Shown here in pieces: positions 7,882 through 11,447 of a stretch of DNA of 11,447 bases. Source of the DNA: Octopus sinensis (taxonomy: Eukaryota); assembly GCF_006345805.1 (NCBI RefSeq), contig NW_021826889.1, forward strand, positions 1 through 11,447, written 5' to 3'. Numbering within the stretch: position 1 is the first letter of the stretch; each line of letters starts with the position of its first letter. The position numbers and the translations under genes are program-made. The notes below the pieces were generated by a model. The model saw only the letters and a list, made by a program, of their open reading frames with translations. It was not told the DNA's origin and ran no database searches.

Positions 7882-8306
7882 TATCATCATCATCAATCAT
7901 CAACATCATCATCATCATCATCAATCATCAACATCATCAACATCATCATCATCATCACCTTCCTCCTCCTCCTCCTCCTCTTCCTCCTCCTCATCATCTT
8001 CATCATCATCATCATCATCAGCCTTCTCCGTGTTTATTTATCATCATCATATTCATTGATAGTCATTCATGGCCCTCATGATCATCGACACTCTTTTCCT
8101 CTTCCGCTCCCTCCTCCGCCTCCTCTTACATCTATTCCTCCACCCGAGCCTCTTCTCACTCTGCCTCCTCTCCCTCCTCGTCCTCCTTCTCCACCTCCTC
8201 CTCATCATCGTCGTCACCATCATCTTGATGATCAACATCATCATCACCACCACCCTCATCATCATAATCCTCCTCCTCCTCCTCCTCCTCCTCCTCATCA
8301 TCATCA

Positions 8307-8340
<34 letters not shown>

Positions 8341-8345
8341 ACACT

Positions 8346-8386
<41 letters not shown>

Positions 8387-8500
8387 TTTCATCATCATTA
8401 TCATCATCATCATCATTATCATTATCATTATCATCATCAACACCATCATCATTATTATCATCATCATCCTCATCCTCCTCCTCATCATCATCATCATCAC
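7563..8500. repeat. Degenerate (CAT)n array with (CCT)n blocks
   Basis: Directly visible; source of the poly-H/S/I/M/D ORFs. Confidence 0.95.
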
Positions 8501-8617
8501 TGCCACCAGCGTCCCTTTAAGTAGTTGCTACAAGTCACAAGAGCAGCAACATGAGTAATGGCAGTGGTCTTAGCGTGCGGAGGGAGGGGCATCTGCAGGA
8601 GCAACAGCGGGGATAAT

Positions 8618-8905
8618 CAGCAGCAGCGCCACCACCACCACCACCAACACTACTACCTCCACCAATTGTTGTAACAATAGTTGTAGTAATAGTAGTGGTT
8701 GCTGTAGTAGTGGTGGTGGTAGTGGTGGTGGTAGTGGTGATGGTGGTGGGGGTGGGGGTAGTGGTGGTGGTGGTAGTGGTGGTGGTAGTGGTTGTGGTAA
8801 CAGTAGTAGCAGCAGCAGCAGTATTACCTGTGGTTTTGGTCGCGGCAGTGGTAGTAGTGGTGTTGGTGGTGATGGTGGTGGTGGTGGTGGTGGTGGTAGT
8901 GGTTG
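8618..8905. repeat. (ACC/ACT)n switching to (GGT/AGT)n across a short palindrome
   Basis: The strand polarity of the repeat flips at ATTGTT-GT-AACAAT (8665-8678). Confidence 0.85.
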
Positions 8906-9005
8906 TAACGAGGTTGGTGGAAAACAGACAACATTTGAGGCAGCCACGGCGTTTGGGCACAAAATTAGGTGATAAATCAAGACCATGTCTGTCTTGGCTG
9001 CAGAG

Positions 9006-9007
<2 letters not shown>

Positions 9008-9036
<29 letters not shown>
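9008..9036. repeat. (AC)14 dinucleotide microsatellite
   Basis: Pure tract. Confidence 0.97.
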
Positions 9037-9040
<4 letters not shown>

Positions 9041-9174
9041 AAAAGGAAGCGACACCTCCACCGCATCCACGCCTCGCCCATATCAACCAACCCCACCATA
9101 TACCAACAGCAGCACCACCACCACTTCCTACTCCCACCATCACCACGACCGCCACCCCCCCACTACTACCCACG

Positions 9175-9444
9175 CCATCAATGCTGTCATCGTAATAATC
9201 ATCATCGTCGTCGTCATCATCATCATCATCATCGTCGTCGTTATCATCATCGTCATCATCATCATTGTCGTCGTCGTCGTCATCATCATCATCATCCTCA
9301 TCATCATCATTATCATCAACACCATCATCATCATCATCATCATCATCATCGTCATCATCATCGTCATTGTCGTCGTCGTCATCACCATCACCATCATCAT
9401 CATCATCATCATCACTATCATCATCATCATCATCGTCCTCGTCG

Positions 9445-9495
<51 letters not shown>

Positions 9496-9512
9496 CATCA
9501 TCATCATCATCA
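9175..9512. repeat. (CAT/CGT)n microsatellite
   Basis: Directly visible. Confidence 0.95.
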
Positions 9513-9589
9513 CTAATCCTAGCCAAACCGCTCATTACCTTACCATCACAACCCGACATAACCGCCCGCACCTAATAGGATAACCATAC

Positions 9590-10050
9590 CGCAAACCACT
9601 ATTAAACCCAACAGCCAGCACCACCGCTGCCACCGCCAAAACCACCACTACCAACGCCACTCACAACACCTCCGCCGCCGCTGCTGCGACCTCGACAAAA
9701 ACCGCCACTAACATCACCACTACAATAACCACGACCAACAACTCTATCATCTCACCACCCCCACCATCGCTGCCTTTGCTGCCGCTGCAAGCACCACCAC
9801 ACCGCCACCACCATCACCACCACTGCCACCACCGCCACCACCACCACCACCACTGTCGACCTTACCGATACCACTATCATCACCACCACCTCCGCCACCG
9901 TTACTACCAGCACCAACTCCATACCATCACCGCCAGCACTACCAACATCACCAATAACGCTATTATCATCAACACCATCCATTAACCACCACAACTACCA
10001 CAGCCGTAAACACCACCAGTATAATCTACCCCACCAACAGCAACCCACAT
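9590..10050. repeat. Degenerate (ACC/GCC)n low-complexity tract
   Basis: C/A-rich period-3 sequence. Confidence 0.85.
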
Positions 10051-10389
10051 CATTGACGTCCTAAGTCAGCCAACTTGCCAGAAACCCAGTGAAATCTCCC
10101 TCAAAACAAAGGACACGCCTTCATAAAGTGTTACTGTGTTCCACCAAGTACGAAACAGAAGAGATTGTCACGGTTGGAAGGCGTTTGATTATAGGTCTTC
10201 TTGATCAGTGGCTGACCTAGGGCGAAATAAAATAAACAACTGGCACAGCAACAATCAACACTACTTCCCTAAATCTTCTGAAATCCAACCGGAAGTAATA
10301 CAGGGTGGTCATGGGTGGAATACTGGTGGACATGGGTTCGTTTGATCACAATAACCACACATTGCTGCTCACATTGCACCCTAACACAA

Positions 10390-10985
10390 TCATCACTCAA
10401 GATACACTCACATCACAATCTAATATCACTGAGGCTTCGCTCACCATCTACCACCAGCACCTAAGCTAAACTCACACCACCTATCATCTTCACTCAAACA
10501 ATACTCACGCTACCCACCATCGTCACTCAAGCTATGCTAATAGCAACCACTACTATCACTCAAGCTACACTCACGTCACTCATTTTTATCACTTAAACTA
10601 AACTCTCACCATTGATCATCACTCAAGTTACACTCACACTACCGCCCATCATCACCCAGCTTACAATGCATCACCATCAACTCATCCTCATCATTTAAAC
10701 TACACTCACACCACTTGCCATCATCACTCAAACTACACTCATGCCACCTATTATTGTCACTCAGACAACATTCGAAACTACCTTCAATCATCACTCAGGA
10801 TCCATTCAAGTCATCCACCACCATCACTCAAGCTACACGCACACCACCTATCACTATCACTCAGACCACACTCTCACAACCCACAACCATCACTAAAGTT
10901 CCACTCATTCCACGCACCACATCACTCAAGCTACACTCACACCACCAACCGCCCTTACTCAAACTACACCCATGCTACGAGTCTT
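10390..10985. repeat. Diverged 33-bp minisatellite, 18 units, consensus approximately ATCACTCAAGCTACACTCACACCACCNNYCATC
   Basis: The TCACTCAAG-like anchor is at 10393, 10426, 10457, 10490, 10523, 10556, 10589, 10619, 10652, 10691, 10724, 10757, 10791, 10824, 10857, 10890, 10922 and 10955. Twelve of the 17 spacings are 33 bp. Confidence 0.88.
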
Positions 10986-11241
10986 CGCAACCACCAGCCA
11001 TACTGCCTCCTATCCATTCACAGTATATTAACACCACTTCTCCACAACTACTAATATCACTATCAACAACAATAATAAGAATAGCAACAATAACAACCAC
11101 TCTTACACGCACCATTCCACCACCTACCACATCGCTCAACACCACCACGACCCTCCACCATTATCCCCACCACCATTAACCAAGAAACCTTTTCTGCCTC
11201 TCGAGAGTCCATCATCTCAGTTAATGCCCCCATCTTTTCAG

Positions 11242-11280
11242 CATTCAACCTGTCCGAACCCTTTACTAGTTTTAACAATG
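11242..11280 (+). other. Candidate 39-nt internal micro-exon
   Basis: Acceptor CCCCCATCTTTTCAG|C, donor ATG|GTGAGA, length divisible by 3, and two open frames. Confidence 0.3.
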
Positions 11281-11302
11281 GTGAGAGAGGGATGATGACG
11301 AA

Positions 11303-11410
11303 GGCGGCGGCGGCGGCGGCGGTGGTGGTGGTGACTATGGTAGTGGTAGGGGTTTTGAGGATGGTGGTAGGGATTTTGATGGTGGTGGTGGTGGTGGTGG
11401 TGGTGGAGGT
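11303..11410. repeat. (GGC)n/(GGT)n microsatellite
   Basis: Directly visible. Confidence 0.92.
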
Positions 11411-11447
11411 GGAAAAGGAGTCGCGGAGGAAGGAATCGGGAGCGAAC

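Noticed and set aside
5266-9583. Poly-His, poly-Ser, poly-Tyr, poly-Ile and poly-Asp ORFs up to 340 aa
   Set aside because: They are overlapping multi-frame products of CAT/ATT/ACT repeats, with no homeodomain, zinc finger or other fold attached.

Overview
Eukaryotic non-coding DNA; roughly two thirds is simple or compound microsatellite and minisatellite. No complete protein-coding gene, RNA gene or CRISPR array can be supported, and the supplied ORFs are translations of di-, tri- and tetranucleotide repeats. The interspersed repeats resemble, from memory and not from a search, tRNA-derived SINEs and an L1/Tx1-like LINE of Octopus, so an octopus intron or intergenic origin is inferred. The most structured locus is 2934-4512: a minus-strand tRNA-derived SINE is split at an internal (GATA)n tract that holds two co-oriented, differently 5'-truncated 3' ends of one LINE. 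Each ends in AATAAA followed by (TATC)n, which suggests a (GATA)n-targeting retrotransposon. Other notable items are hairpins in the LINE 3' UTR, an 18-unit 33-bp minisatellite with a Thr-rich reading, higher-order duplications of compound microsatellites, a SINE with an apparent microhomology-bounded deletion, a perfect nuclear-receptor DR1 site, a TATCGATA/TCGA cluster and a candidate 39-nt micro-exon.
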